Positions 60,971 through 64,000 of a stretch of 64,000 nucleotides of DNA are shown here, piece by piece. Origin of the DNA: an uncultured Acidobacteriaceae bacterium (lineage in GTDB: Bacteria > Acidobacteriota > Terriglobia > Terriglobales > Acidobacteriaceae). Each line of letters opens with the position of its first letter. Within the stretch, counting starts at the first letter, position 1. The DNA is taken from assembly GCA_963760855.1 (NCBI GenBank), contig CAVXFD010000015.1:102852-166851 (forward strand), written 5' to 3'. The position numbers and the translations under genes are program-made. The notes below the pieces were generated by a model that saw only the letters and a program-made list of their open reading frames with translations, was not told where the DNA came from and made no database searches.

Positions 60971-61612
60971 TTACGGCGTGACGGTTATAACTGCAGGTGG
61001 GCTAACCACACTTCCGACTGAAGCGGTGATGTTAACCGTTCCGCCCGACGTAATGCCGGGTACGATTGAGACCACACCCGCAGATACCGTCGCCAGGGCC
61101 GTATTGCTCGAAGTCCAAGTCGCAACGTTGGTAACACCTTGGTTGCCGTTACAAGTCATAGCCTCCGCCGTGATGCTCAAGGTGGACTGATTACCGGACA
61201 CGGTTCCGCTATAAGTGCTTAACGCAATCGACTGGATGCACCCAACCGTCACCGTCACGGTCTGCGTCCCGGTGATGCTTGGATTCTGATTGGAAGTTGC
61301 GGTGACGGTCGCCGTCCCGACGCTAGCCGACGTCACTAGGCCCGTAGAATTGATCGTAGCCACGGTCGGGTCGCTAATGCTCCAGGCGACCGACGGATGG
61401 CCAGCATTACTGCCATCGCTGTTGGTGCCAGTCACGGTCATTTGCACGGTGTTATTGGTGTTTCCAGTCTCGATGGTGGGCGATGCCGGCCCGACTGCGA
61501 GTGAGGACAGCGTTGGATTGACGAAGAAGCCGGTGCAACCTACTTCTGCGACCACAATTGCGAGCCCACAAAGAGCGCTGGCAAGACAGAGCTTGTGCCT
61601 GGCGGATGACAT
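60971..61612 (-). CDS. lipoprotein with two bacterial Ig-like (Big_2-type) domains
   Basis: ATG 61612 gives MSSARHKLCLASALCGLAIVVAEVGC (lipobox). Two repeats of the pattern ...VAWSISDPTVATINSTGLVTSASVGTATVTAT... and ...ATWTSSNTALATVSAGVVSIV...GTVNITAS. Confidence 0.7.
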   Translation of the reverse strand: MSSARHKLCLASALCGLAIVVAEVGCTGFFVNPTLSSLAVGPASPTIETGNTNNTVQMTVTGTNSDGSNAGHPSVAWSISDPTVATINSTGLVTSASVGTATVTATSNQNPSITGTQTVTVTVGCIQSIALSTYSGTVSGNQSTLSITAEAMTCNGNQGVTNVATWTSSNTALATVSAGVVSIVPGITSGGTVNITASVGSVVSPPAVITVTP

Positions 61613-61910
61613 AGTTATCTGAAACTCCTGGGCCGCGGCCACTCGGCCTTAAATGTTGTTGCTTAAACAGCCTGGACATCAAGATCGACGCTGGTCTTGC
61701 GCCAACCGATGCAACTCTACACCATCTGCCGTCATGCGGGGGACACCGCTAGCGTCCCTAGAATACGCTTTCGGCGCCAAGACGCGTGTAAAAAATTGTA
61801 GCAGAAGACTTCCGGTAGGGCGTTTAGACCACACTCCCTCGCGGGCTTGGAACCAGCCCGGTCAATGCCGGGCTTGGGATAAGAACGCCCTGGGGCTGAG
61901 GGACTTGCAA

Positions 61911-61943
61911 GAAAAAAGGCCAGTGCGAAAAGAAGCACTGGCC
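61911..61943 (-). terminator. rho-independent terminator of the YXWGXW gene
   Basis: GGCCAGTGC-8 nt loop-GCACTGGCC, a 9-bp perfect stem followed on the minus strand by TTTTTTC. It lies 23 nt after the stop. Confidence 0.8.
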
Positions 61944-61965
61944 AAGAGGATTGATGACAACTAGT

Positions 61966-63306
61966 TTATAGTCCCTTGTGCTCTTCTTTCGGAGGAGCGC
62001 TCTCATGCTTGGGCGGAGCGTTTTTTTCCGGCTTGGGAGCGCTCGCTTTGGGGCTGGGCTTTGGCGCGCTTCTTTCGGGCTTGGCAGCACTCGGTTTGGG
62101 ACTCGCCTTCGGTGCGCTTTCCCGTTCCTTTGGCGCGGGGGCTGGCTTGCTTTCCGAGCGAGGTTGGCTGGAGGGGCGAGGGTTCTCCGCTCGCGGCGCG
62201 GCTTCCGTGCGAGGCGCACTCTTGTGAGCCGGGCTTTCGTTTCGCGATTCGTTCGACGCACGCGAAGTCGGCTCAGAGGAGGGTTTCGCCGGGCGGGCTT
62301 CATTGGAGCGTGGGGCGGTCTCGCGTGGAGTATTCTCGCGAGCGACGTTCCCTTTTTCAGGCCGGTTGGCGGTAGTACGCTTGTTCGGCGGAACGGAGGA
62401 GCGATTGGCCGCCTTTGCGCCGCCGCCCGGGGATGCCGGATGGCTCTCCGCCGGACGGTTCTCGGCAGGGCGAGTCTCCGCGGGCCGGCTCTCACCTGCA
62501 CGATTTCCCGCCGGGGCGGATGCGCGCGCTTCCTTCGGGGACATCGCCGGAGCGCGATAGGGAGCTCCGGCGGCCTTCGCCGTTACCACGCCGCGTCCGC
62601 TGAATTCCCCCGGCTTCGCCGTTGCGGCTATTGCCGGACGGCCATGATTCGTCGATGCGAACAAGGCACGATTCTGGCTGGCCGCATGCGCTTGCTGAAC
62701 CTGAGCTGCAACTGGGGGAGTGTGGCGCTCATGCGCATAACTCACCTGTTGGGGAGTGGGACGTACGGCCACGCCACCTTGGCCACCATTGAATGCCACG
62801 TGCGAATTGTTGTTCACGATCACGGTCCGGTTGACGTAGACATTCCGGATGACGGTTGTGTTTACGTGCACGACGGCAGTGTTGTAGAAGAAGGCCCCGC
62901 CGCGCCATTCGCCGCCGTAGAAGCCGTTGCCACCGTAGCCGAATCCGTAATTGATGCCGCCATAGAAGCCGACTTGCGGCCCCCAGTAGCCGGCATTCCA
63001 AATGTAGACGCCGTCGTTCCAGCCCCAGTAACCGGGGGTCCACAGGAGGCCTGGCTCCGGCGCCTCGACCCACGTGCCGGGAACCCAGTAGTAGCCATCG
63101 TCATCGTCCCAAGCCCAGTAGCCGGGAGTCCACATATAGTCTGGCCCAGGGCAAATGGGCTGTTCGTAGACCGGCAGCGCGGGCGGACCGATACGCACCG
63201 AGATGCCAATGCCGACTTGCGCGGATGACGTAGTAGAAAGCGCTGCTGGAATCAGCAGCAGAAGAAGTCCATAAGCGAAAATGCGAACTGCAGGGGGAAG
63301 TTTCAT
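61966..63306 (-). CDS. YXWGXW-repeat secreted protein with ~230-aa Pro/Ala/Lys/Glu/Ser-rich disordered tail
   Basis: ATG 63306 after GAGGAAAC, with signal peptide MKLPPAVRIFAYGLLLLLIPAALSTTSSAQ. Repeats YMWTPGYWAW, YYWVPGTWV, LWTPGYWGW, IWNAGYWGP. The C-terminal half is low complexity. Confidence 0.8.
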   Translation of the reverse strand: MKLPPAVRIFAYGLLLLLIPAALSTTSSAQVGIGISVRIGPPALPVYEQPICPGPDYMWTPGYWAWDDDDGYYWVPGTWVEAPEPGLLWTPGYWGWNDGVYIWNAGYWGPQVGFYGGINYGFGYGGNGFYGGEWRGGAFFYNTAVVHVNTTVIRNVYVNRTVIVNNNSHVAFNGGQGGVAVRPTPQQVSYAHERHTPPVAAQVQQAHAASQNRALFASTNHGRPAIAATAKPGEFSGRGVVTAKAAGAPYRAPAMSPKEARASAPAGNRAGESRPAETRPAENRPAESHPASPGGGAKAANRSSVPPNKRTTANRPEKGNVARENTPRETAPRSNEARPAKPSSEPTSRASNESRNESPAHKSAPRTEAAPRAENPRPSSQPRSESKPAPAPKERESAPKASPKPSAAKPERSAPKPSPKASAPKPEKNAPPKHESAPPKEEHKGL

Positions 63307-63595
63307 CGTGTTTCCTCTGGCCCGGTGGGCTTGCCGTGAAAGTGGCAGCGCCACGCATGGCAAATTTGACTCCAAGAATTCCGGCCCGAAATAAATCCGG
63401 AGCCAGACGTTCGGCCAGAAAACGTTGCTTTACACTTAAACACCGCAGGTTGGAGTATGTTGCCGGGGCCAGAAGTTGTTTGAGATGTCAACTTTTGTAA
63501 AATTATTCAGGGGAAGGGCAGAAACCGCGCCAGTGGCGGAAAGGAGGGGTGTCGCAGGTAAGGTGTGTTCTGATCCGGAAGCGGGGACTTGTCGA

Positions 63596-64000
63596 CTAGT
63601 TAGCCCGTTTGGACCGCGCGATCCGTTCGTCGATCAGCTTGCGACCGGCAAATCCCTCGTCAGTACCGTGCCAGTGGGTGATGGACGTCTCTCCCATCTT
63701 CCAGCAGAGCAGGACGACCTTGCCTTCCACCTCGCATGGAAAATCGAGCAGTCCGATGTCGAGGTCTTTTACTTGCACTCCGATGGAATCAATCTCCGCG
63801 AGGGCGTCTTTGGCGCGTTGCTCTGCCTTGGCACGCTCGGCCTTGCGGCGGGCGATAGCGACGACGTCGACATGCGTGCCGCCGTTGAGGAAGATGCGGT
63901 GGCTGAGTTCCTGCATCTCGCCCTCGACTTCCTCCATCAGTTTCTTGCCGCCGATTGCGGCCCGCAGAAGGGACTCCAGGACCGGGAGAAGCGTTTGGGC
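63596..64000 (-). CDS. DUF2203-family protein, 5' end beyond the window edge
   Basis: GVQVKDLDIGLLDFPCEVEGKVVLLCWKMGETSITHWHGTDEGFAGRKLI matches the DUF2203 pattern. The frame stays open upstream of the listed Met (…LLPVLESLLRAAIGGKKL-MEEVEG) to position 64000. Confidence 0.7.
   Translation of the reverse strand, partial: AQTLLPVLESLLRAAIGGKKLMEEVEGEMQELSHRIFLNGGTHVDVVAIARRKAERAKAEQRAKDALAEIDSIGVQVKDLDIGLLDFPCEVEGKVVLLCWKMGETSITHWHGTDEGFAGRKLIDERIARSKRAN

Noticed and set aside
61978-63228. 416-aa plus-strand ORF, plus other long antisense ORFs (2130..2915, 20694..21404, 23874..24680, 26352..27293, 34577..35488, 37631..38452, 41515..42378, 60031..60684)
   Set aside because: All lie opposite genes with clear family motifs. 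They have Arg/Gly/Ala-rich shadow-frame composition and lack RBS or signal features.

Overview
GC-rich bacterial chromosomal segment. GC content was judged by eye, not computed. Gene content looks like Acidobacteriota (Terriglobia-like): three ~1200-aa CarboxypepD_reg/TonB-dependent-receptor-like outer membrane proteins, a YXWGXW-repeat protein, many GT-C membrane glycosyltransferases, and hairpin-forming intergenic word repeats. Housekeeping genes recognised are uvrD/pcrA, rpmB, ridA, relA/spoT, serS, an atpF'-F-H-A-G-D-C operon, hfq-hflX and pfkA. The accessory part has two glycan-related loci. One is a GT87 / GT-C / O-antigen-ligase-like / GT87 block at 15.0-20.8 kb. The other is a 1169-aa GH18-like + CE4 deacetylase + GT2 synthase fusion, divergent from a GT39-like gene, at 27.6-32.6 kb. 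I found no CRISPR array, transposase, integrase, rRNA or recognisable defence system. Four things stand out. (1) Many reading frames are interrupted: seven clear loci and two possible ones, including uvrD and a heavily decayed fused MFS/spermidine-synthase-like gene. This means either real gene decay or indel errors in the assembly. (2) A defective-looking tRNA (anticodon GCG) has its anticodon arm repeated as a perfect 15-bp inverted copy downstream, just ahead of an intrinsic terminator. (3) A ~720-bp cluster of two interleaved repeat families lies upstream of a Cys-rich acidic hypothetical gene. (4) The tri-domain exopolysaccharide synthase fusion. All functional calls rest on motifs read by eye in the supplied translations; no database search was possible.
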